A stretch of 44,169 nucleotides of DNA, from positions 1 through 44,169 of IMG/VR virus record IMGVR_UViG_3300042140_000185; one strand, written 5' to 3'. Under the pieces are notes generated by a model. That model was given only the letters and a program-made list of their open reading frames with translations, was not told where the DNA came from and ran no database searches. Positions 7,920-16,564 of the stretch are shown here, piece after piece. The translations under genes and the position numbers were made by a program. Positions within the stretch are counted from its first letter, which is position 1, and every line of letters begins with the position of its first letter. The DNA is from a virus. Taxonomy: Duplodnaviria; Caudoviricetes.

Positions 7920-7949
7920 GACTCATCTCCTTTGATGATTGGTTGTGTT

Positions 7950-7993
7950 CAAAAATCCCCCTCCCTCCCCGCTTGGGCGTCGGGGAGGGAGGG
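7950..7993 (-). terminator. Probable intrinsic terminator
   Basis: 13-bp perfect stem 7959-7971/7981-7993 followed by GGATTTTT on the - strand. Confidence 0.55.
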
Positions 7994-8132
7994 AGGGAGG
8001 AAGTGCGTCCGGCGTCATGGTGGAAAGGTGACACCAGAGGCTCGCCGGACTGACCGCGTTACAACGCCACCACGGCCTGGGCGACCGGCCTGCACATACG
8101 CAGGTTTCGGGCCGCCGGCCCAGCCGCGTGGA

Positions 8133-8912
8133 CTACTCGTCGTGGTCGCCCGTGGCCTCCACGACGGCACCGACCGGAGGACGCGAGAACATCGCCTTCA
8201 GCGGCTCCGCGTAGAGCCGGCGGGCGATCTCACCCTGCTCCTCACTGATCTGGCCGACGATGCGAGGCACGATCAGCGAGTAGGGCTGGCCGTTCTTGCC
8301 CTTGGCCTTTTCGAGCTTCAGCCCCACGACGCACTCGTAGTGGAAACTCGGCAGACGCTTCTGGAACGGCAGCCAGCCGCGCAGGCTCCCCGGCCCGACG
8401 GTCACGAGCATCGGCCACACGTCGCCATCGCGGAGGATGGCGAGGATGCGGCTCTCCTTGCACCGCTTGCCGGCACCGCCACGGGCAGAGCCGTAGCCGA
8501 ACTCGGGAGACGCCGAGAGCGCCGCCCAGTCGAAACGACGATCGCCAATACGATACCGTTCCAAAGCGACTGGATCGATCGATCCGAGGTCATCGCTGAC
8601 GCGATAGCCCACGAGCAGATCGTTCGTCACGATCACCGGACGCTGGTCGGTCGGGTCGTCCTGGGGCCACAGCACCCCACGCTTGGCGATCCCGACAAGC
8701 AGGCCGACGATCTCGTCCTCGGCCTCCTCGTTGCCGTTGATGTTCACCGTCCACTTCGTGCCGCCGCCCGCGGGGGTTTTGACACGAACCAATTCCTGCT
8801 CCTGCATCGGCTCGCCGTCGAGGTTCGCCTCGATGATGCGGGCCTGGCGGGAGTCCGGCGCAAGGGCCGGATAGCTCACCACGTTCACATTCGTACTCAA
8901 CGCTGTCGTCAT
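8133..8912 (-). CDS. Putative ssDNA-binding or recombination protein
   Basis: Position in replication block, beta-rich, acidic tail (EATGDHDE); family not firmly recognised. Confidence 0.45.
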   Translation of the reverse strand: MTTALSTNVNVVSYPALAPDSRQARIIEANLDGEPMQEQELVRVKTPAGGGTKWTVNINGNEEAEDEIVGLLVGIAKRGVLWPQDDPTDQRPVIVTNDLLVGYRVSDDLGSIDPVALERYRIGDRRFDWAALSASPEFGYGSARGGAGKRCKESRILAILRDGDVWPMLVTVGPGSLRGWLPFQKRLPSFHYECVVGLKLEKAKGKNGQPYSLIVPRIVGQISEEQGEIARRLYAEPLKAMFSRPPVGAVVEATGDHDE

Positions 8913-8952
8913 GCTTTTTTCTCCGTGCATGAAAACCTCTCGAACCAATGCG

Positions 8953-9402
8953 TCACCCCACCGTGAGGTGCCGCAACTTGGGCTGGACGAACTCGCCGAC
9001 CAGACCCTCGAACACCGTCCCTTGGGACCACGGCGAGCGGGCATCCGTGCCCGCTTCGTTCGCCATCTCCTTCAGCAGGCTTTTCAGCCTCGCCGTGTTG
9101 ACCTGCGTGACCGCATCCAGCAGCCCCGCCTGTCGTGCGGCCTCCATGACCGCCTCTTTGCGTGCCTCCGGCACGCTGCACGAGTGGGTCCACTCCACCC
9201 GCCAACTGCGCCCGGCGACGCGAACGCCGTCGAGCCGTTGTGTCTGAAACTCCTCCAGAGCCAGTTGCTCCAAGTGCTCGCGACGAGCCTTGAGCGTGTC
9301 GATCTGGTCGTTGAGTTCGACCAGCTTGCTGTCGATCTTCACGATCTCAGCGAGCACTGGTTGTAGCGTTGTGTCGCTTTGCGTATCCGTCGATGATGAC
9401 AT
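8953..9402 (-). CDS. Conserved phage replication-module protein with N-terminal coiled coil
   Basis: LVELNDQIDTLKARREHLEQL...VNTARLKSLLKE. Confidence 0.55.
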   Translation of the reverse strand: MSSSTDTQSDTTLQPVLAEIVKIDSKLVELNDQIDTLKARREHLEQLALEEFQTQRLDGVRVAGRSWRVEWTHSCSVPEARKEAVMEAARQAGLLDAVTQVNTARLKSLLKEMANEAGTDARSPWSQGTVFEGLVGEFVQPKLRHLTVG

Positions 9403-10738
9403 CGAGAACCTCCTTCCGGTCGCGTAGAGCCTCGTACACCCGGCCGTCCACCGTGGAGCGACCATTGATCGTTGCGACGAGGTGATAGATGTGCGTCGTC
9501 TTCGCCTGCCCAGGCCGGTGCAGCCGCGCGACGGCCTGCTCGTACTCGGAGAGCGAGTAGCCGAGCGAGTAGAAGAAGCAGTAGCTCGCCCTCGTTAGGT
9601 CAATGCCGATCCCGCCAGACTGAATCTGGGCCACCAGCACGTTCGTCTTCCCGGCCTGCCAGTCGGCCAGTTCGTTGCGGTGGCCCGACAACTCGCTCAC
9701 CGCCCTGCCGTTGTCTAGTGCTGCCGACTTTGCGGCGGCGATGTCGGACGTAAATCGGCAGAAAACCACGACAGGCTCGTCAGCGGGAAGGTCTTCTAGT
9801 CTATCGGCCAGCGCGCTGGCCTTGCTGGGATTGGCGACGATTTTCTGAGCGGCCTCCTGTCCGTCGAACCGGACGCTGCCGCCACAGATTTGCTGAATCC
9901 TGAGCAACTGCACGAGGGCGTTCGTGGGCGTGATCGTCCCGGCCTCGCAGACGGCACAGAACTCAGTCTCCACCTCCCGGTACAGCCGCGCCTCGGCGGG
10001 GTCCAGTTCGCACTGGATGTCGTCGTACATGATCGGCGGGAGGTCGAGCACGTCGCTCGACTTCACATGGTGCGTCGTCGCTGCGATCTTGGCGTGTGCC
10101 TGATCAAGATTCTTGAACCCCACGACGAACTTCTGCGGGCCGTTGGCAATGACGGCGTAGTTGGCCTTGTGCAGCGTGTAGGACGGCCCAAACGTGACCT
10201 GCGGGTATTCGACGGCCGCCCAGACGGCCCAGGCGTCGAGGATTGAGTGCGAGATCATCGTGCCGGACAAGCCGATCCGCTTGGCCCACTTGTGGTTGGC
10301 CTTGACGAGCTTCCTCGCCCACCGGCTGGCGACGCCCGAGGGGCTTTTGAGCCGGTGAATTTCGTCCCACGCGATCACGTCCCAGCGGACCCGCTCCAAT
10401 CCCTTGATCCGCCACATGCTCTCGAAGTTCGTGACGATGATGACCGGCGTCACGTCGGCCAGCGCGGAGGTCAGGTCGTCGGCCTTCCGCTTGCTGTTTC
10501 CGCGGTCGAGGGCGACGATGCGGACAGCCGGAAGCCAGAGGCCGACCTGCTTCACCCAGGCCGGAATCACGGCTTTCGGGCAAGCCACGAAGATTCTGGT
10601 CGCCCCAGCGGCGATCTGCCGCTCGATGTAGGCAAGCGTGCTTTTCGTCTTCCCGCTGCCCATGCCGTGATGCCAAAGGATGGCATCGCGGCCGTCGGCC
10701 CAGTCGTTCGCCTCCTGCTGATGACGCCAGAGTTCCAC
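9347..10738 (-). CDS. SNF2-family SF2 helicase/ATPase
   Basis: GMGSGKT, WDEIH, LSGT, GGIGIDLT, QAVARLHRPGQ; GTG at 10738 with AAGGAG RBS. Confidence 0.92.
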   Translation of the reverse strand: MELWRHQQEANDWADGRDAILWHHGMGSGKTKSTLAYIERQIAAGATRIFVACPKAVIPAWVKQVGLWLPAVRIVALDRGNSKRKADDLTSALADVTPVIIVTNFESMWRIKGLERVRWDVIAWDEIHRLKSPSGVASRWARKLVKANHKWAKRIGLSGTMISHSILDAWAVWAAVEYPQVTFGPSYTLHKANYAVIANGPQKFVVGFKNLDQAHAKIAATTHHVKSSDVLDLPPIMYDDIQCELDPAEARLYREVETEFCAVCEAGTITPTNALVQLLRIQQICGGSVRFDGQEAAQKIVANPSKASALADRLEDLPADEPVVVFCRFTSDIAAAKSAALDNGRAVSELSGHRNELADWQAGKTNVLVAQIQSGGIGIDLTRASYCFFYSLGYSLSEYEQAVARLHRPGQAKTTHIYHLVATINGRSTVDGRVYEALRDRKEVLDVIIDGYAKRHNATTSAR

Positions 10739-10763
10739 GCCACTCTCTCCTTGAGGGTGCGTG

Positions 10764-10793
10764 AATCTATCGGCCACCTAGTCGTCAGGTCAA
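10764..10793 (-). promoter_or_regulatory. Sigma70-like promoter of the replication operon
   Basis: TTGACC-N18-TAGATT upstream of SNF2. Confidence 0.55.
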
Positions 10794-10798
10794 GAGAA

Positions 10799-11383
10799 TT
10801 ATTTTTTTCGCGGGCGTCCGACCTTTTTGCCGGCCGCGGCGAGCGCCAGGTCGGCCTTGATGTTGGCCTGGCACGATTGACGGGAGACGATCCAGATTCG
10901 CGGCCCTGTGCGGCCACGGCTGCTCCACGGCTGGCGGGCGACGATTTTTCCGCCGGCGGCGAGTCGTGGGATCATGGACGCAGTCACCCGCAGGATTTTC
11001 GCCGCCTCGACCAGCCCGATGGCGTCGTCGAACGCGATCGGCGTTTTGACGGCCTTCAGGTGCCGCAGGACGGCCGCCCGCAGGTGCAGCCAAGCCCGAG
11101 GCCGTCGGCCGTGGTCGCCTGCGTCGTAGCGTTCCTGATATTCCTGGTAGTCCCGTTCGCACTCCTCGCCGTCGAAAATAGCGTAGGACTTCGTGGGGCT
11201 GGCGACCCACGCGGAATCCGCGACGACGTGAGCGGACAGTTTGCCGGCGTTCAGGAGCTTCGCCGGCCGGCTGAAGTGGACGCCCATCAGAGCCGCTGCC
11301 TCGAATGCACCGACCGCCTGGTGGACGTAGTGTCCAGATTGCGGCGTCCTTGCCGGTTTTGTTTGTTTTACCGGCCTTCCCAT
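10799..11383 (-). CDS. DNA-binding protein with two excisionase/MerR-type HTH repeats and AT-hook-like ends
   Basis: VGAFEAAALMGV...LLNAGKL and IGLVEAAKILRV...LAAGGKI; MGRPVK and KVGRPRKK. Confidence 0.7.
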   Translation of the reverse strand: MGRPVKQTKPARTPQSGHYVHQAVGAFEAAALMGVHFSRPAKLLNAGKLSAHVVADSAWVASPTKSYAIFDGEECERDYQEYQERYDAGDHGRRPRAWLHLRAAVLRHLKAVKTPIAFDDAIGLVEAAKILRVTASMIPRLAAGGKIVARQPWSSRGRTGPRIWIVSRQSCQANIKADLALAAAGKKVGRPRKK

Positions 11384-11466
11384 CTGTCTGACCCTTTTGC
11401 ACTTGAAATGGAGGATAGGGGATTCTACCCTTGACCGCTGGCAAAAACCCCATGGAGGAGCCAGCG

Positions 11467-11673
11467 ATGCAAAGGAAGCACGTCGTAATCATTGATTGGC
11501 AGGACGGCGATGTCGAGGACGCCGACGAGATTGCGGTTTTCGCAGACTCTCCGGCGGCGGCCATCGAGAAGGCGCGACGAAAATGGCGACTGACCATCGG
11601 TGCCGACTACCCGCACTGCAAAATTGTGGAGTCAAACATCTTGACCCACAAGATGGCTGCCCAATTTGCCTGA
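11467..11673 (+). CDS. Small hypothetical protein upstream of the integrase
   Basis: GGAGGAG RBS before ATG 11467. Confidence 0.6.
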   Translation: MQRKHVVIIDWQDGDVEDADEIAVFADSPAAAIEKARRKWRLTIGADYPHCKIVESNILTHKMAAQFA

Positions 11674-11719
11674 CCCCCATGTGGGTGGCAGTGTCCCTCC
11701 ACGCCACGGAGGGGCACCA

Positions 11720-12568
11720 ATGAAACTTCTAGAGATCGTCGAGACGCTGTACGCCCCGCTCCGCGGGATCAGCGAGCGCACGGTCGAGATTTACGCCGGG
11801 GCGCTGCGGCGGTTCGCCGAGTTTCTGAAGCATGAGCCGACGACGACCGACCTAGACGAGATCGTCGTGGCGAGGTTCCTGGCGTGGCGCGTCCGCGAGT
11901 CGTCGCCTGGGTCGGCCGCAAAAGACCGCGCCTGCCTGCGGGCGCTCTGGGAATTCGCCGCGAAACGCCGGCTAACCGACCGCTGGCCTGAGATTCGGAC
12001 GATCTGCGTGCCCGAGCGGGTGCCGAGGGCCTGGCTACTCGACGAGTTCCAGCGGCTGCTCGACGCCTGCGATGGCGAGCACGGCGAAGTCGTCGGCGTG
12101 CCGGCGAGGCTCTGGTTCAGGGCGATCCTACTGACCGCGTACTGGACCGGCGAACGCATCGGCAGCCTGCTATCCATCACCTGGGACGATGTGACCGAGG
12201 AGGCGATCCTATTCCCGGCCGAGGGCCGCAAGGGCCGCCGCGAGGACATCTACCGCCCGATTCCGCCGGAGTGCTACGCCGCGATCCAGGCGATCCGCAC
12301 GAACCGCAAGATCGTGTTCGACTGGGACCGCTGCTACACGAGCATCTGGGGCCGCCTGGGCAAAGTCTGCGAGCGGGCAGGGCTGCCGAACGACCGCGTG
12401 AGCAAATTCCACAGGGTCCGCAAAACGGCCGCGAGCTATTTCGAGGCCGGCGGCGGGGACGCCCAGGCTCTGATGGCCCACAAAAATCGCGGCACGACCA
12501 GGCGATACCTTGATCCGAGGATCGTGCGGACGAAGGCCGCGCCGGATATTTTGCCGCGGGTGGGTTAG
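11720..12568 (+). CDS. int: Tyrosine recombinase/integrase
   Basis: TGERIGSL (R), RKG (K), FHRVRK (HxxR), LMAH, TRRY (Y); SAM-like N-terminus. Confidence 0.92.
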   Translation: MKLLEIVETLYAPLRGISERTVEIYAGALRRFAEFLKHEPTTTDLDEIVVARFLAWRVRESSPGSAAKDRACLRALWEFAAKRRLTDRWPEIRTICVPERVPRAWLLDEFQRLLDACDGEHGEVVGVPARLWFRAILLTAYWTGERIGSLLSITWDDVTEEAILFPAEGRKGRREDIYRPIPPECYAAIQAIRTNRKIVFDWDRCYTSIWGRLGKVCERAGLPNDRVSKFHRVRKTAASYFEAGGGDAQALMAHKNRGTTRRYLDPRIVRTKAAPDILPRVG

Positions 12569-13269
12569 CTGCCGTAACTGCCGCCGTCCAGCGTCACGCC
12601 ATCGATCGTTCCGCCGGTGATGGCGACGTTCGACGCTGACTGCGTTGCGATGCTGCCGAGGCCGAGGTTCGTCCGGGCCGTCGGCGCGTCGGCCACGTCG
12701 GACAGATTTGACGCCTTCGCCATCTTCCCGCCGAGGGCCGTGCTGATCGTCGTGCTGAATGATGCGTCCGACCCCAGTGCGTCGGCCAACTCCTTCAGCG
12801 TATTGAGCGCCTCAGGCGCCGAGTTTACGAGAGCCGACACAGCCGCGCTCACGAATGCCGTCGTGGCGAGTTTGGTCGTGCTGTCGCCGGCAGACTGCGT
12901 GGTCGCCGTCGTGCCGCTTGGCAGCGTGGGCGTGCCGGTGAACGTCGGCGAGTTGAGCGGAGCGTAGGTCGATGCCGCCGTCGCGGACGTGAGGTAGGAG
13001 CCGAGCGTCGTCGAGAGCCCGGTCGTCGTCACATACGACCCCAGCGTCGAGGACAGGCTGGAGGCGGTGACGTAGGACGACAGTTGGCTGGAGAGCCACG
13101 CGCCGCCGCCGATCGCGACTACGCTCGTGGCCGTGCCACCCTCGCCCCCCGTGCCGACGCCGACGAACAGAGTTCCGCCGCCGCCCTCGGAGTAGGCCAG
13201 TTCGGCGTTAGCGAGGCTTGATGGTGCAGAGGCTCCGGTGGACCGCTTGATACGAATGGTCGAGGGCAT
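12565..13269 (-). CDS. Tail fibre-like protein, module B (Mtd-N-like start)
   Basis: IRIKRSTGASAPSSLANAELAY; YAPLNSPTFTGTPT; APEALNTLKELADALG; ends DGGSY. Confidence 0.75.
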   Translation of the reverse strand: MPSTIRIKRSTGASAPSSLANAELAYSEGGGGTLFVGVGTGGEGGTATSVVAIGGGAWLSSQLSSYVTASSLSSTLGSYVTTTGLSTTLGSYLTSATAASTYAPLNSPTFTGTPTLPSGTTATTQSAGDSTTKLATTAFVSAAVSALVNSAPEALNTLKELADALGSDASFSTTISTALGGKMAKASNLSDVADAPTARTNLGLGSIATQSASNVAITGGTIDGVTLDGGSYGS

Positions 13270-13278
13270 TTTTATCTC

Positions 13279-13557
13279 CTAGTACGCGCCGCCGTCGAGC
13301 AACTGGCCCGTCGGGTAGTTCTTCCACTTTCCCGACTGATACCGCAGCAGGTCGCCATCGGCGACGCCCGTGAGTGTCACGTCCGACGCCGCCGAGAGGG
13401 CGTTGCCGGGGATGCCCTGCTGCCCCTGCGGGCCGGCGGGGCCGACGCCTGCGCTGATCGTCGCACTCACACTCGACGCCGCGACGCTGGCAGAGACTTG
13501 CCCGCCCGAGACGCTCGCCGTGATCGGGTGGCTCTGGACGGTCGCCGTGACGCTCAT
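13279..13557 (-). CDS. Short virion fibre protein, module B
   Basis: Collagen-like GPAGPQGQQG; SDVTLTGVADGDLLRY; ends DGGAY. Confidence 0.65.
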   Translation of the reverse strand: MSVTATVQSHPITASVSGGQVSASVAASSVSATISAGVGPAGPQGQQGIPGNALSAASDVTLTGVADGDLLRYQSGKWKNYPTGQLLDGGAY

Positions 13558-13871
13558 CGCGTCACCTCGGCGAAGCCCTGCAATGCCGTGCGCTTCGCGC
13601 CGTTGTCCCACTCCAGCCGCCAGCCGTAGGTGCCTGGGGCCAGCGAGGCCGTCTGGGCCTCGGTCAGGGCGACGTTCACTGAGCCAGCGGCGGCATCGAC
13701 GAACGTCGTCGTCGCCGTGGCGACGGTCTGGCCGGTCACGAGGCTTACGATGGCCGACGAGACGGTGTACCCAGACAGCGACGTGTCGAAGTCAATGACG
13801 GTGCCGTACTCGTCGCCGGCTCGAAAGGCGAGGCTCAGAGAGCCTGGAAGCTGCGTGGCGGTCGGCATCAA
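13554..13871 (-). CDS. BppU-N-like adaptor protein, module B
   Basis: Paralogue of 21208..21576 (QLP...GDE...DFD..L.GYT...LTEAQTA.L). Confidence 0.65.
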   Translation of the reverse strand: MMPTATQLPGSLSLAFRAGDEYGTVIDFDTSLSGYTVSSAIVSLVTGQTVATATTTFVDAAAGSVNVALTEAQTASLAPGTYGWRLEWDNGAKRTALQGFAEVTR

Positions 13872-13877
13872 GCCTCC

Positions 13878-14123
13878 TCAGTTTTTGTCGTCATGCGGCA
13901 TCGGGCTGCCGGCCGTCCGCGGCTGGAGGGCGTAGAGGAGCCGCGTCTGCTCCTGGATGGCCTGGCTGATCTCCTTTTGTGTCTCGCAGATGCCACGGAG
14001 TGTCTCGCGGTGCGACTCTAGCAGCGGCAGGATCACGTCCTGACGCAAAAAATACCCGAGGGCGATTGCCACGAGGGTAGGGAAGCCGTAGCGCTCCAAG
14101 ACGCTCTTGCCGAAGTCGTTCAT
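13878..14123 (-). CDS. Putative holin-like membrane protein
   Basis: One N-terminal hydrophobic helix (YGFPTLVAIALGYFL) then a coiled coil. Confidence 0.45.
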   Translation of the reverse strand: MNDFGKSVLERYGFPTLVAIALGYFLRQDVILPLLESHRETLRGICETQKEISQAIQEQTRLLYALQPRTAGSPMPHDDKN

Positions 14124-14143
14124 GCTGCCGTCCGTGGCTGTGT

Positions 14144-14713
14144 CTATCCCTCCATTATATTGGTGCGTAGCCTCTGCAACGCCGCATCGCAGCGGCGGTA
14201 GAGCCCATCCACCAGGCCGCTATTGTCGATCACGGCGTCCACGAGTGCGTCGGGGATGCCGGCCTCGCTAGAGTGCTGCGCCGCGGCCTTGGTGAGGCAG
14301 TCGGTCCTACGCTCGATACGCCAGATGTGCCCGCCGGCCGCCTTGATGGCACCGACTTCATTCTCGAACCTCACGTCTGTGATGACGACGCCGCCGGAGC
14401 CCCGCAGGTACTTATGGCACGCCTCGACCTGCCGCATGGCCGTCTGCACCCAGATGTCGTCGCGGACCATGTCTCGCCCCCACTCCGTCCCGAGCGTCTG
14501 GAGAAGCTCGCGTGGGCTCCTCCCCAGCCACTCGATCGGCCGCTCTTTGTTCTCGCGGTCGCGGAGCCATGCTGGATCGACCCGCAGGATCGACGCGACC
14601 GCGGCGTAGATCGGGTCGGCAAACCCGAACTGAATCCAGCCGTGGCGGCGGCACAGGTGGTCGGCGAGCGTGTTTTTGCCGGAGCCAGCGGCCCCGCAGA
14701 GTCCGAGGAGCAT
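14144..14713 (-). CDS. Deoxynucleoside monophosphate kinase
   Basis: GAAGSGKNT, FADPI, PRELLQTLGTEWGR, ITDVRFENE, HSSE. Confidence 0.92.
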   Translation of the reverse strand: MLLGLCGAAGSGKNTLADHLCRRHGWIQFGFADPIYAAVASILRVDPAWLRDRENKERPIEWLGRSPRELLQTLGTEWGRDMVRDDIWVQTAMRQVEACHKYLRGSGGVVITDVRFENEVGAIKAAGGHIWRIERRTDCLTKAAAQHSSEAGIPDALVDAVIDNSGLVDGLYRRCDAALQRLRTNIMEG

Positions 14714-14934
14714 CAGTAGCCTCCGTCCAGTTCGTGGTCAGGCCGCGCCGGCCGGAGCCACTCCGGTGCCGGCCGGGCGTTCTCCATGTGGGCCAGCCGG
14801 TAGTTCAACCGCTCGATCTCTTCGAGCGACCTGCCAAGGGCGGCGGCGAGCGTGCCGCTGGTGCCCGTCCAGCAGTTCGCGGGGCCGTATTTATTGACGA
14901 GCGTCCACGCTCGCTGGATTTCGTCGTGGGTCAT
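14713..14934 (-). CDS. Hypothetical protein
   Basis: Translationally coupled on both sides. Confidence 0.65.
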   Translation of the reverse strand: MTHDEIQRAWTLVNKYGPANCWTGTSGTLAAALGRSLEEIERLNYRLAHMENARPAPEWLRPARPDHELDGGY

Positions 14935-15980
14935 TTCAGAAAGATGGGGAGCACTTTGGTGACGCGGCCGTGGTCGTGGTCGATGATGACAAGGCTCTGA
15001 GACGGCGGCTGATACTCAGCCTTGATGCGGTCGGCAAAGGCGTTATGGCCGATGAGGCAGCCGTTCGCGACGAATCTGTACGGCAGCCAACTGAAGCAGT
15101 GCCAGTGCCCGAAGATGTCCAGGTCTGCGCGTTGGGCCTGGTTCCAGTTCGCGATGGCTTTGTTGGCCGGGATCGTCAGGCCGCCGACGCCGCCGCCGAA
15201 TCGGATGGCGTGGCCGTGGTGGGCGCGGACGATGAAGCCGTCCAGGTTGATGTTGTTGAGGTAGCCCTCGCCGATCCGCCACTCGACGTGCCGGCGTCGC
15301 TCCTGGGCCGCCATCGTGAGGTACAGGTGATGCTCAAAAGAGTGGTCGTTCTCAGTCGCCATCCTGGGGTGCTTTGTCGAGCGGCCGTGGTTCCCGCTGG
15401 CCGTCGCGACCAGCACAGGCGCGATCTCCTGCATGGCGTCGATGACACCGCCAAGACGCTCTCCTGCCCACCTCGTCGCCGCGAGCGGCGCCAGTTGCGT
15501 TACCTCGACGAGGTCGTCGTGGATATGCCCAGTAATAAAGTCGCCGAGCGCGGCCACGACGATCCGGCGGATGCCGGTGAGGTGCTTTTCGTGCTCGATT
15601 AGCATCGAGGCTCGCTGGACAAGCTGCTCAATGCGGCGGTCGGCGATCTCCAGCGTGAAGTGATTCAGGTTTCGGCACGTCTCCGGCCGCACTTCCTCCT
15701 CGACGTGCCAATCGGAGAGCACAAGGACGGCCGTGGCTTCAGGCCGGCTGCCACGCTGCCGCTTCGTGACGATCTTCTTCGAGCCGACGCCGGCCAGGGC
15801 CTTGAGGCTGTTCGCTGCCTCCTTCTCGGCCTCCAGCCGGTGCAGCGCCGCCTCGTATTTCTTGCGAAGCGAGGACAGTTCGCTCCGCAACTTCGCCGCC
15901 TCGGCGTCGCGGGCGATCTCTAGCTGTCGCTCGACCGCAGCCACCGCATGATCGTTGTTTCGCTTTTTGGCGCGGGCCAT
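14931..15980 (-). CDS. Calcineurin-like metallophosphoesterase with N-terminal coiled coil
   Basis: SDWH, GDFI, GNHG, HHGH, GHWH. Confidence 0.88.
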   Translation of the reverse strand: MARAKKRNNDHAVAAVERQLEIARDAEAAKLRSELSSLRKKYEAALHRLEAEKEAANSLKALAGVGSKKIVTKRQRGSRPEATAVLVLSDWHVEEEVRPETCRNLNHFTLEIADRRIEQLVQRASMLIEHEKHLTGIRRIVVAALGDFITGHIHDDLVEVTQLAPLAATRWAGERLGGVIDAMQEIAPVLVATASGNHGRSTKHPRMATENDHSFEHHLYLTMAAQERRRHVEWRIGEGYLNNINLDGFIVRAHHGHAIRFGGGVGGLTIPANKAIANWNQAQRADLDIFGHWHCFSWLPYRFVANGCLIGHNAFADRIKAEYQPPSQSLVIIDHDHGRVTKVLPIFLK

Positions 15981-16195
15981 TTCTCCTCCATGCAGCGGGC
16001 GACGATTCCTCGGTACACAACCACGATCTGGACGCCCTGGAGACGCCCGCATTGCCACTCGCGCCTGATCTCGGCCATCTCGGCCTGGCCTTCCGGTGGC
16101 AGGAACCTTGTCCAACGCTTGTTAAGTGGCTGGCTTCGCGCGGCCTCGGCTGCGGCGAGCACACAGGTCATCGCGGACGAACTTTTTTTCGCCAT
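15920..16195 (-). CDS. Hypothetical protein, possible HTH
   Basis: AAGGAG RBS; ends SETTIMRWL. Confidence 0.55.
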   Translation of the reverse strand: MAKKSSSAMTCVLAAAEAARSQPLNKRWTRFLPPEGQAEMAEIRREWQCGRLQGVQIVVVYRGIVARCMEEKWPAPKSETTIMRWLRSSDS

Positions 16196-16485
16196 CACTC
16201 CTCCTTGATGCGGTAGCCCAGCGCCCAGAGGATCCTCGCGAGGTCGCCGCCGGCCTGGGTGATGCTCTCCTCGCTCATTTGCGGGAAGCAACAGTGCAGC
16301 CCCTCGTGAATTTCGGTTTCGAGCCGCTGGCGCTTCACAAGCCGCGAGTCGATCAAGACCTTGCGTGGCAGCGATGGATTTTTGACATCAGGCAGGTACG
16401 CCCACCCTGCGGCCTGCCCCTTGAGGCGTGTGTATCGCCACAGCCACCGCAGGCCGCCGATCGTGAAGTGGTGGTCGCTCGCCAT
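16195..16485 (-). CDS. Small HExxH zincin-like protein
   Basis: ETEIHEGLH...MSEESI. Confidence 0.7.
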   Translation of the reverse strand: MASDHHFTIGGLRWLWRYTRLKGQAAGWAYLPDVKNPSLPRKVLIDSRLVKRQRLETEIHEGLHCCFPQMSEESITQAGGDLARILWALGYRIKEE

Positions 16486-16491
16486 GCCCGA

Positions 16492-16522
16492 ATAGTATTG
16501 CTCTGTCGCCTACTTGGGTCAA
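16492..16522 (-). promoter_or_regulatory. Possible promoter for a leaderless mRNA
   Basis: TTGACC-N19-TACTAT, 6 nt before the ATG; no SD. Confidence 0.4.
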
Positions 16523-16564
16523 GCCAAAAACAGCCTGGCAAGATGGGGGGCTTCGGGCTGAGGG

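Noticed and set aside
7994-8132. tRNA gene
   Set aside because: Hairpins are present but there is no cloverleaf or T-loop consensus
7932-8966. 344-aa + strand ORF
   Set aside because: Antisense shadow of the SSB-like gene
10247-11434. 395-aa + strand ORF
   Set aside because: Antisense shadow of the SNF2 and HTH genes
11720-12568. The integrase as the IntI for the attC array
   Set aside because: No IntI-specific insertion (ALxRKYP...W motif) between the catalytic K and HxxR; ~11 kb from the array with no attI evident
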